A stretch of DNA of 64,000 bases from Clostridia bacterium (GTDB lineage Bacteria > Bacillota > Clostridia > Christensenellales > Borkfalkiaceae), in the NCBI GenBank assembly GCA_017463425.1, contig JAFTPE010000014.1, positions 29,325 through 93,324 on the forward strand, read 5' to 3'. Positions within the stretch are counted from its first letter, which is position 1; every line of letters begins with the position of its first letter. A program made the position numbers and the translations under genes. Positions 47,809 through 54,910 of this stretch are shown in pieces. The notes under the pieces were generated by a model. The model worked only from the letters and a program-made list of their open reading frames with translations. It was not told the origin of the DNA and made no database searches.

Positions 47809-48618
47809 ATGGTGATTTATATCGAATATGCATTCGTGGAAAATTTTCTCTTTGATATCTGTCTTTTGTATCTGTCTATAAAGACGGCAAGGCTGCCCGT
47901 TTTGCCTTTTCGTATCGGACTTTCCGCCTCGTTCGGCGCAATATTCGCAATCGTTTTTCCGCTGTTGAAATTGCCTGTGTTTTTGGCTTACGTTTTAAAA
48001 TTTTGCGTTGGGTTTTTACTTTGTTTGATGACGCAAAAACATATAAAAACAAAAAATGAATGGGGCAGGTATGCGTTGAACGTCGTATATTTCTTTTTAT
48101 ACAGTTTTTTGTTCGGCGGCGTCTTGACAGGGTTGTTTCAACAATTTTTTGATAAAAAAGTGCCGAGCGTTTTGGTGATGACGGGGTTTGCTGTGTTGAC
48201 AGTTTTTTGCGCGATTTTCATAAAAAAAGCGTATAAACGGCGTGTTTTACACCGATATATCTATGAATCTCGGATAACGTATCAACAAAAATCGATTGAG
48301 ATTATGGCGTTTTTCGACAGTGGAAATTTTGCAATTAAAAACGGGTTGCCTGTTTGTTTTTTATCGCCGAATACGTTATACCAGCTGATCGCGGAGGAGG
48401 TTTTTGAAAAAGACACAGGGCAGGTACGAGATGAAATTACGATTACAACGCTTGGAGGGGAAAAAACGTTGCCCTTATTTAAGGGGGAAACGGAGATAAT
48501 AACAAAAGACGGCTGTATAAAAAAAGAGGTATATTTTGCCATGTCCGCGAATATGTTATCAAGAGACTACGAAATGATATTCGGCTGTTACGTATTCGAG
48601 GGAAGCGTTGGCGCGTAA
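47809..48618 (+). CDS. spoIIGA: Sigma-E processing peptidase SpoIIGA
   Basis: Five N-terminal TM helices and the aspartic-protease motif FFDSGN. Directly upstream of sigE. Confidence 0.9.
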   Translation: MVIYIEYAFVENFLFDICLLYLSIKTARLPVLPFRIGLSASFGAIFAIVFPLLKLPVFLAYVLKFCVGFLLCLMTQKHIKTKNEWGRYALNVVYFFLYSFLFGGVLTGLFQQFFDKKVPSVLVMTGFAVLTVFCAIFIKKAYKRRVLHRYIYESRITYQQKSIEIMAFFDSGNFAIKNGLPVCFLSPNTLYQLIAEEVFEKDTGQVRDEITITTLGGEKTLPLFKGETEIITKDGCIKKEVYFAMSANMLSRDYEMIFGCYVFEGSVGA

Positions 48619-48631
48619 ATGAGGTGCGGTT

Positions 48632-49351
48632 ATGAAACTTGTGGAAGTGTTGCAGATTTTTTTGAGAAAAATCGATCCGTTGGCGGAAAAAAATACGGTG
48701 GACTATATTTGCGGAAACGGCGAGGCGTTGCCTCAACCCCTTTCTGCGGAAGAAGAAGGGGAAATGTTGCGCCTTTTGGAGATAGAACAGGAAAAGGAAC
48801 GGGCGAAAGCAGAGCTGATTCAACACAATTTGCGGTTGGTGGTGTACATAGCGCGAAAATTTGAGAATACGGGCGTGGACAACGACGATTTGGTTTCGAT
48901 TGGCACTATCGGGCTGATAAAGGCAATTAATTCGTTTAAAACGGATAAAAATATCAAGCTGGCAACGTACGCCTCGCGGTGTATCGAAAACGAAATTTTG
49001 ATGTATTTACGGCGTACTGCGCGCCTGAAAAGCGAAGTGTCGTTTGACGAGCCGTTGAACACCGATTTTGAGGGAAACGAATTGTTGCTCTCTGACGTTT
49101 TGGGCACGTCTGCGGAAAGTGTGTACGGGGATATAGAATCAAACGCAGAAAAGGAACAATTAAAAGAGGCGTTAAAAAAATTGTCCGAAAGAGAACGCAA
49201 AATTATGTTTTTGCGGTTTGGTTTGGGCGGTGGCGAAGAAATGACCCAAAAAGACGTTGCAGATTTGTTGGGGATTTCCCAAAGTTATATTTCGCGTTTG
49301 GAGAAAAAAATTATTTTGCGATTGAAAAAGGAAATTGCAAAAATGGAATAA
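48632..49351 (+). CDS. sigE: Sporulation sigma factor SigE (pro-sigma-E)
   Basis: Pro-sequence followed by region 2 ([38 protein letters not shown]) and region 4 ([21 protein letters not shown]). Confidence 0.93.
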   Translation: MKLVEVLQIFLRKIDPLAEKNTVDYICGNGEALPQPLSAEEEGEMLRLLEIEQEKERAKAELIQHNLRLVVYIARKFENTGVDNDDLVSIGTIGLIKAINSFKTDKNIKLATYASRCIENEILMYLRRTARLKSEVSFDEPLNTDFEGNELLLSDVLGTSAESVYGDIESNAEKEQLKEALKKLSERERKIMFLRFGLGGGEEMTQKDVADLLGISQSYISRLEKKIILRLKKEIAKME

Positions 49352-49435
49352 AAAAACATAAAGTTGCGCATACTCAATCCGTACCTGCCCCTATCGTTTT
49401 GCCATTTTACATAGGAAAAGGAGGGAGAAAAAGTT

Positions 49436-50203
49436 ATGCAAAAAGTGGAAATTTGCGGTGTAGATACGTCGGGGTTGCCCCGTTTGAGCGCAAAGGAAAA
49501 CGAGGAATTGATGAAACGGTTGAAAAATGGCGACAAAGAGGCTCGCGATCAATTTATCGTGGGGAATATGCGGTTGGTTTTGTCGCTCGTCAAACGGTTT
49601 CGGATAAAGAATTTGGGTGCGGACGACGTGTTTCAGGCAGGTTGCGTTGGGTTAATTAAGGCAATCGATGGGTTTGATACAAGCGTCGGCGTAAAATTTT
49701 CTACCTACGCCGTACCTATGATTATCGGGGAAATCAAACGTTATCTTCGGGACGGTAATTCGCTGCGTGTTTCTCGCAGTATTCGGGATATGGCGTATAG
49801 GGTGTTAAAGACACGTGAAAGCATTGAAGAAAGGGACGAAGAAGCGTCGATTGAACGCATTGCGGAGGAATTAAACGTTGCTCAGAGTGAAGTCGTGTAC
49901 GCCTTAGACGCGATTTCCGACCCCATATCCATTTACGAACCCGTATATAATAAGGCGGGAGATACGCTGCTTTTGATGGACCAACTTTGCGACGAGAAAA
50001 ATACGGACGAGATTTGGACGGAGCACGTTGCCCTTGGCGAAGCGTTGGAAAAATTGGGGGAAAGAGAGAAAAAGATTTTGTATCTTCGCTATTATCAAGG
50101 CAAAACGCAAACGGAAATTTCCGCAGAAGTGGGTATTTCCCAAGCGCAAGTATCGAGGTTGGAAAAGAACGCGCTGCAAAATATACGGTTGAATATTTCG
50201 TGA
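49436..50203 (+). CDS. sigG: Sporulation sigma factor SigG
   Basis: MQKVEICGVDTSGLP.. N-terminus, region 2 (GNMRLVLSLVKRF), region 4 (TQTEISAEVGISQAQVSRLEK). Canonical spoIIGA-sigE-sigG order. Confidence 0.9.
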   Translation: MQKVEICGVDTSGLPRLSAKENEELMKRLKNGDKEARDQFIVGNMRLVLSLVKRFRIKNLGADDVFQAGCVGLIKAIDGFDTSVGVKFSTYAVPMIIGEIKRYLRDGNSLRVSRSIRDMAYRVLKTRESIEERDEEASIERIAEELNVAQSEVVYALDAISDPISIYEPVYNKAGDTLLLMDQLCDEKNTDEIWTEHVALGEALEKLGEREKKILYLRYYQGKTQTEISAEVGISQAQVSRLEKNALQNIRLNIS

Positions 50204-50215
50204 AGAATAACGCTT

Positions 50216-50262
50216 GAAATTGCGGAACGGCCAAGGCTGTTCCGCAATTTCAATATAAAAAC
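50216..50262. repeat. Composite hairpin repeat, copy 5 (hairpin module plus promoter-proximal module only)
   Basis: GAAATTGCGGAACGG / CTGTTCCGCAATTTC hairpin 13 nt after the sigG stop, followed by AATATAAAAACCG leading into the TTGACA promoter. Confidence 0.65.
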
Positions 50263-50264
50263 CG

Positions 50265-50293
50265 TTGACATTTTGTAAAAAATTGCGTATAAT
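50265..50293 (+). promoter_or_regulatory. Perfect consensus sigma-A promoter (repeat-borne) driving the structured leader/orphan ORF
   Basis: TTGACA (50265-50270), 17 nt spacer, TATAAT (50288-50293). Confidence 0.65.
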
Positions 50294-50299
50294 AAAAAT

Positions 50300-50462
50300 G
50301 CAACATTGTGCTACGAATATTTTTTCGCTAAAAGGATATAACCCTTGGTAGGGCTATATCCGATTCGTGTTTACAAATTCCTTTTAGCGATTGTAGACAA
50401 TGTTGCAAAAGCGATGACGGTATATTCTACATTTGCCGTTTCGCAAGAGGCGGCATTTTTTT
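50300..50462 (+). ncRNA. Candidate structured 5' leader (cis-regulatory RNA) of the orphan ORF
   Basis: Nested pairings: GCAACATTGT(G)CTAC 50300-50314 with GTAGACAATGTTGC 50393-50406; TCGCTAAAAGGA 50325-50336 with TCCTTTTAGCGA 50379-50390; GGATATAACCC/GGGCTATATCC inner hairpin. Then a TGCCG..CGGCA hairpin plus T7 (50434-50462) just before the SD. Confidence 0.4.
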
Positions 50463-50487
50463 GCGCAAAAATAAAAGAGGTGGAGAT

Positions 50488-50913
50488 ATGAAAAAATTAT
50501 CAAACGAACAGCGAGAAGAATTGATGATATGGGCAGAAGATAGGTTGCAACTGTATAGAGTGAACAACAAATGGAAACAAGAGGAAGAAATGGAGAATAA
50601 AATAGAAACTTGCGACGATTTGCCAGAAGAAAAACGGGAGGGTTGGATAAAGTTGAAAGACAGATTGGGCATACAAGAGAGGATAGACAAGGCAAGGCGG
50701 AAACGGGCAAAATTGTATGCTGAATTGACGGCAAGAATAGAAGAACAAGAACCGAAAAACAACGAACTGTATGGGTTAATGCCGAAATATGTGAAACGCA
50801 CTATAAAAGACAAAGACGAATTTATGCAAGGTATAATGAGCAAGAAAACGTTGAAACGGTTAAAAATACTGTGTTTAAGATGTAGGGCAATTTTATTGTT
50901 TCAAGAGGAATGA
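50488..50913 (+). CDS. Hypothetical highly charged 141-aa protein (orphan)
   Basis: ATG 50488 follows GAGGTGGAG. K/E/R-rich, predicted helical, no recognisable motif. Preceded by a consensus promoter and a long structured leader, and followed by a strong terminator. Confidence 0.5.
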   Translation: MKKLSNEQREELMIWAEDRLQLYRVNNKWKQEEEMENKIETCDDLPEEKREGWIKLKDRLGIQERIDKARRKRAKLYAELTARIEEQEPKNNELYGLMPKYVKRTIKDKDEFMQGIMSKKTLKRLKILCLRCRAILLFQEE

Positions 50914-50916
50914 AAA

Positions 50917-50960
50917 AACCGAGCCGATAGGGTGAAACCTGTCGGCTCGGTTATGTTTTT
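50917..50960 (+). terminator. Terminator after the orphan 141-aa ORF
   Basis: AACCGAGCCGA.A / T.TCGGCTCGGTT stem followed by ATGTTTTT. Confidence 0.7.
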
Positions 50961-50965
50961 ATAGC

Positions 50966-51110
50966 GGAATGGTTTTGGCTTTCCCTACAAAAGCCACTTT
51001 GTCATTACGAGGAGCGAAGCGACGAAGTAATCTAAGATTGCCACGCTACGCTCGCAATGACGGTAGAATTGTAGGGAACAGTCTTGACGGTTTCGCAATT
51101 TCAATAAAAA
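50966..51110. repeat. Composite hairpin repeat, copy 4
   Basis: GGAATGGTTTT, then GGCTTT/AAAGCC hairpin, then TGTCATTACGAGGAGCGAAGCGACGAAGTAATC // GATTGCCACGCTACGCTCGCAATGAC palindrome, then GTAGGGAACAGTCTTGACGGTTTCGCAATTTCAATAAAAAAA. Confidence 0.75.
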
Positions 51111-51116
51111 AAACTG

Positions 51117-51145
51117 TTGACATTTTTAGGGAAAAGGCTTATAAT
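51117..51145 (+). promoter_or_regulatory. Perfect consensus sigma-A promoter (repeat-borne) of the second LRR lipoprotein gene
   Basis: TTGACA (51117-51122), 17 nt spacer, TATAAT (51140-51145). The upstream context CGCAATTTCAATA.AAAAA..GTTGACATTTT is shared with the 50265 promoter. Confidence 0.65.
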
Positions 51146-51183
51146 GAAAATATAATATTTACGAAAGAGGGTGGGGAAGAAAA

Positions 51184-53112
51184 ATGCGGAAGATTTTATT
51201 GTGGATAGGCGCGGCTGTTGTAATGACGGCGGCGTTTTTTATGTTTTCTGCGTGTAAACAATCTACGCATTATCATTGTTGGAAAGAAACGGTTTACGTT
51301 GCCGCAATGTGTGAAACGGACGGCGAAAAAATATTTTTATGCGCTTGTGGCGAGCAAAAGCCCCGAACGGAAAGCGCGGTGGGGCATCAACTGGTTTTGA
51401 TGCCTGAAAAAACGCCTACCTGCGGAGAGGACGGATATACGGAATATCGCGTTTGCAATCAATGCGATTATACGGAAAAAACGGTGTTGACGGCAACGGG
51501 CGAACATACTTGGGACGAGGGCGAACAAATTGACGACGTTTGGAAATTTTGTTGTTTAGAATGTGGAAAAATCAAGACGGAGATAGCGGAAGGGCATACC
51601 CATGTATTTGACGACGGGGAAATTACGAAACGGCCCACTTGCGCAGAAGAGGGGATAAAAACGTACGCTTGCGTATGCGGAGAAATCAAAGAAGAATACA
51701 TTGAAAAGACGGACGAACATATGAAAGAAACGCTGCAAGGCATACCTGCCACTTGTTCCCAAGAAGGGCAAACGAGTGGCGAAAAGTGTTCGGTCTGCGG
51801 GATATATACACAACAACCGACTGTGATTGAAAAATTGCCGCATACTTGGAATAACGGCGAATGGGGCGTTGCAGTTGGAGAAAAATTATATACTTGTACG
51901 GTATGCGGTGAAACGCGGACGGGAATCCCCGAAGGACATACCCATGTCTTTGACGAATGGTCGATTTTAACCGAGCCGAATTGTTTGAATCAGGGCGAGA
52001 AAATCGGTTCTTGCGTGTGTGGAGAAACGAAAAAAGAAAACATTGTCGAGCTTGGCCATACCGAAGGACAAGCCACCTGCAAAGACGACGCGCTTTGTGG
52101 GCGTTGCGGTGTGGTAATTGCAACGGCGCTTGGACATACGGGCGGCGAGGCAACTTGCCTTTTGGGCAAAGTTTGCGTTCGCTGTAGCGAGGAATACGGC
52201 GAAAAAGTGGATTGTTCGGGTGGGGTTGCCACGTGCGAAACCGCGCCCGTTTGTCAATGGTGTCATACAGCGTATAACAAGGCGCTTGGCCATTCGTATA
52301 AAAACGGCGCGTGTGAGCGTTGTTTTCAGCCTCAACCTGTTTTGGGTGCGGAACTTGCTTACGAATTTGATTCGCAAAAGGGATATTACGTTTGTACGGG
52401 CTTGAAAAATCGAGATACGGGTTGTCGGAAAATCGTCGTACCCGATACGTACGAGGGAAAACCCGTTGGCGAAATTGCAAACGCGGCGTTTGCAAGTAAT
52501 TACGGATTGATAAGCGTAGTAATCGGCGCGAACGTACAGACAATCGGTCAAGGCGCATTTTTATATTGTCATAATTTGTTTGAAATCACGGTGAAATCCA
52601 GCGCAATCAGCGTGGAAAAATCAGCGTATGCAACCAACGGGTATCTTGCGTATTACGCGCGGTCTGTCAACCCTGCAAACGGGCAAAGCAAGATTTTTGA
52701 AGATGAAAAAGGGTACGTAACGTACAAGGACGGACAAGATTGCGTCTTGCTAGGATATACGGGCGCGGAAACGAAATTGGCGTTGCCCGAAGGCATCACC
52801 GTTATTGCGCCGTACGTGTTGTCGTTGATCCCAAATCTGTCGGAGGTAACTTTGTCCAACAGCGTGGAACTCATTCGTTGGCGAGCGTTTTCAAATTGTA
52901 AAACTTTGAAAAAAATTACGTTTGGTACAGGGGTGAAAAAGATTGAAGAAAAGGCGTTTAAAGATTTAGAAAGTTTGAAAAGCGCGGTATTCAAACAGCC
53001 CGTCGGGTGGTTGCGAAACGGTATTGTTATATCGGAAAGGGCAATGTCGGACGAAACGCAGGCGGCGTTGTTATTGTTGGAATTCGTGGACGTGGCTTGG
53101 CAGAGGAATTGA
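51184..53112 (+). CDS. Surface lipoprotein with Cys-rich modules and BspA-type LRRs (paralog of 2464..4836)
   Basis: Signal peptide plus lipobox (AAFFMFSAC). Repeated EGHTHVFD...C..(E/Q)G....C.CGE modules and GHTGGEATC-x5-C-x2-C modules identical in pattern to the 2464 gene. C-terminal LRR-like AF..C..L repeats. Confidence 0.75.
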   Translation: MRKILLWIGAAVVMTAAFFMFSACKQSTHYHCWKETVYVAAMCETDGEKIFLCACGEQKPRTESAVGHQLVLMPEKTPTCGEDGYTEYRVCNQCDYTEKTVLTATGEHTWDEGEQIDDVWKFCCLECGKIKTEIAEGHTHVFDDGEITKRPTCAEEGIKTYACVCGEIKEEYIEKTDEHMKETLQGIPATCSQEGQTSGEKCSVCGIYTQQPTVIEKLPHTWNNGEWGVAVGEKLYTCTVCGETRTGIPEGHTHVFDEWSILTEPNCLNQGEKIGSCVCGETKKENIVELGHTEGQATCKDDALCGRCGVVIATALGHTGGEATCLLGKVCVRCSEEYGEKVDCSGGVATCETAPVCQWCHTAYNKALGHSYKNGACERCFQPQPVLGAELAYEFDSQKGYYVCTGLKNRDTGCRKIVVPDTYEGKPVGEIANAAFASNYGLISVVIGANVQTIGQGAFLYCHNLFEITVKSSAISVEKSAYATNGYLAYYARSVNPANGQSKIFEDEKGYVTYKDGQDCVLLGYTGAETKLALPEGITVIAPYVLSLIPNLSEVTLSNSVELIRWRAFSNCKTLKKITFGTGVKKIEEKAFKDLESLKSAVFKQPVGWLRNGIVISERAMSDETQAALLLLEFVDVAWQRN

Positions 53113-53188
53113 CGTAAGAAAAAGGAACTTCCCATCTATCTTTCGCATATACTGTAATACTACAAGTATTTTGCGAGGCGGTATAAAA

Positions 53189-53536
53189 ATGGAATTGACT
53201 TTTTCGGAACTTCGCGCAAAAGAGGTGATAAACACACAGGACGGGAGAAAACTGGGAAAAGTGTGCGATATTGCGCTGTGTTATCCCGAAAATAGGTGGC
53301 TGGGAATCGTCGTGCCAAGCGGCAGAGGATTTGGGAAAAAGAACGATTTGTTTATCGAATTGAAAAATATCGTCAAGATAGGCGAGGACGTAATTTTGGT
53401 GAACGTAGGTTTGCCGAAAAGACAAAATAATTGCCGTAAATGCGGACACGGTATGCCCGTTTCGCCGCCGCCCTCACCATACGCCGATTTTTCAGGCGGG
53501 CAAAATTCTAATAGAAATTATGAAGAATTTGAATAA
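53189..53536 (+). CDS. YlmC/YmxH-family sporulation protein (PRC-barrel) with a Pro/Cys-containing C-terminal tail
   Basis: ATG 53189 gives MELTFSELRAKEVINTQDGRKLGKVCDI.., the YlmC/YmxH signature. The ORF-track start 53024 overlaps the upstream gene. Confidence 0.8.
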   Translation: MELTFSELRAKEVINTQDGRKLGKVCDIALCYPENRWLGIVVPSGRGFGKKNDLFIELKNIVKIGEDVILVNVGLPKRQNNCRKCGHGMPVSPPPSPYADFSGGQNSNRNYEEFE

Positions 53537-53577
53537 AAAAAGGCAAATACGGATGCCGTTCCGTATTTGCCTTTTTT
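53535..53577. terminator. Bidirectional terminator between ylmC-like and the XRE gene
   Basis: GGCAAATACGGA / TCCGTATTTGCC 12-bp stem flanked by A7 and T6. Confidence 0.8.
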
Positions 53578-53592
53578 ACGATTGGTTTATAT

Positions 53593-53820
53593 TTATACGT
53601 AGTCGTTAGGGCTTTTTCCCGAAGTTCTGCCGATCAGTTCGTCTATCGTGATTCCGTAAAAATCGGCAAGCCGCGCGCAAAATTCTATATTAGGCAAACC
53701 TTTACCTGATTCCCACCAACTGATCATTTGTTGTTTCAAACCCGTTTGTTTCGCAAGTTGCGATTGGGAAATCCCTAAATTTTCTCTGTGATATTTTAAC
53801 CATTCTCCGTAATTTTTCAT
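53593..53820 (-). CDS. Small XRE-family HTH transcriptional regulator
   Basis: 75 aa; LGISQSQLAKQTGLKQQMISWWESGKGLPNIEFCARLADFYGITIDELIG is a classic HTH_3 domain. Confidence 0.85.
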   Translation of the reverse strand: MKNYGEWLKYHRENLGISQSQLAKQTGLKQQMISWWESGKGLPNIEFCARLADFYGITIDELIGRTSGKSPNDYV

Positions 53821-53846
53821 ATCGCTTGCTCCTTTGTTTTTTATTT

Positions 53847-53891
53847 TACAGAAATTTATGTAAAAATACTTGGCTTACAGAAATTTATGTA
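53847..53891. promoter_or_regulatory. Tandem 16-bp near-palindromic operator candidates next to the small XRE gene
   Basis: TACAGAAATTTATGTA at 53847-53862 and again at 53876-53891 (identical, 29-bp register). Each is 14/16 self-complementary. The second abuts a TATAAT at 53893-53898. Confidence 0.55.
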
Positions 53892-53996
53892 GTATAATTT
53901 TATAAGTTTGCAACAATCTACGTTCACAATCGCAAAGGTTTGTAAAAACGAGGCAGCTGCTCTCTATTTTTAATAGGGCGTAGTTGTTTTTTGTTC

Positions 53997-54025
53997 TTGA
54001 CAAAAATAAAAAAATTTGTTATACT
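53997..54025 (+). promoter_or_regulatory. Sigma-A promoter upstream of the two-component operon
   Basis: TTGACA, 17 nt spacer, TATACT. Confidence 0.5.
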
Positions 54026-54079
54026 ATTATTGCAATGAATCAAGTTTTTAAGACGAAAGAATAAATAAAAAAATGGCAA

Positions 54080-54098
54080 ATTTCACCAAGATTTCACC
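54080..54098 (+). promoter_or_regulatory. Direct repeat ATTTCACC-N3-ATTTCACC (11-bp register), candidate OmpR-type response-regulator binding site
   Basis: Two identical 8-mers at 54080-54087 and 54091-54098, 17 nt upstream of a second TTGACA (54115-54120) and ~70 nt before the RR start. Confidence 0.4.
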
Positions 54099-54168
54099 GC
54101 GCTTTGTTGTAAACTTGACAAAAACGGGGTATAGTATATAGGGAAAGTATAAAAAGGGGTTTTACCAT

Positions 54169-54834
54169 ATGAAGATTTTGATTGTAGACGACGAAGAAAT
54201 GATTCGCGGCGTGTTGCGCGAATACGTTGAATTTGAGGGCAACGAGGCTTTTGAGGCGGCAGACGGTATGGAAGCCGTTCGGCTTTGTAGGGAAAACGAT
54301 TACGATATGGTGTTAATGGACGTCATGATGCCGCATTTGGACGGATTTTCCGCCGTGAAAGAGATTAAGAAAACCAAAGACGTGCCTGTGATTATGTTGT
54401 CGGCAAGGGGGGAAGAATACGACAAATTGTTTGCGTTTGAATTGGGCGTGGACGATTACGTAACCAAGCCGTTTTCGCCCAAAGAAGTGATGGCGCGTAT
54501 CAATGCAATCGTCAAACGCCGTACCAGCAAACCAAGCGGAAACGAAGTGTTGAAATTCGAGGGTTTGGAAATCGATATGGCAGGCAGAAACGTGTACGTA
54601 GACGGACAAAAAGCCGAACTTACCCCCAAGGAATACGAATTATTGTTTTATCTTGTCCGCAACAAAGGGATTGCGTTGACGCGTGAAAAGTTGTTGTACG
54701 ACGTATGGGGGTTTGATTTTTACGGGGACGATAGAACGGTGGATACGCATATTAAAATGTTGCGTGGAAACTTGAAAGAATATCGAAAATTTATCGTAAC
54801 TTTGCGTGGGCTTGGGTATAAATTTGAAGAATAA
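54169..54834 (+). CDS. OmpR-family response regulator
   Basis: Receiver domain (DD...D54-like MDVMMPHLDG, K at TKPF) plus a winged-helix output (LTPKEYELLFYL...TVDTHIKMLR..LRGLGYKF). Confidence 0.93.
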   Translation: MKILIVDDEEMIRGVLREYVEFEGNEAFEAADGMEAVRLCRENDYDMVLMDVMMPHLDGFSAVKEIKKTKDVPVIMLSARGEEYDKLFAFELGVDDYVTKPFSPKEVMARINAIVKRRTSKPSGNEVLKFEGLEIDMAGRNVYVDGQKAELTPKEYELLFYLVRNKGIALTREKLLYDVWGFDFYGDDRTVDTHIKMLRGNLKEYRKFIVTLRGLGYKFEE

Positions 54835-54910
54835 AAAAGCGTTTGAATAATGCAAGGGTAATCGCGGGCGGCAGTTGCAAGCCCGCGATTTGACAAAGGA
54901 AAGGACGGAT

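Noticed and set aside
48619-48864. 81-aa ORF overlapping the start of sigE in another frame
   Set aside because: The sigE frame gives a full sigma-factor sequence. The alternative frame has no features.
49352-49435. Sigma-F/sigma-G type promoter upstream of sigG
   Set aside because: GCATA is present at 49368 and CATTTTA at 49403, but neither pairs with a correctly spaced partner element (GCATR-N15-GGnRAnAnT or GHATR-N17/18-CATxHTA). No confident call is possible.
54074-54142. 22-codon ORF (MANFTKISPRFVVNLTKTGYSI) upstream of the response regulator
   Set aside because: It has no SD. It overlaps the direct-repeat and promoter elements, so it is more simply explained as regulatory DNA.
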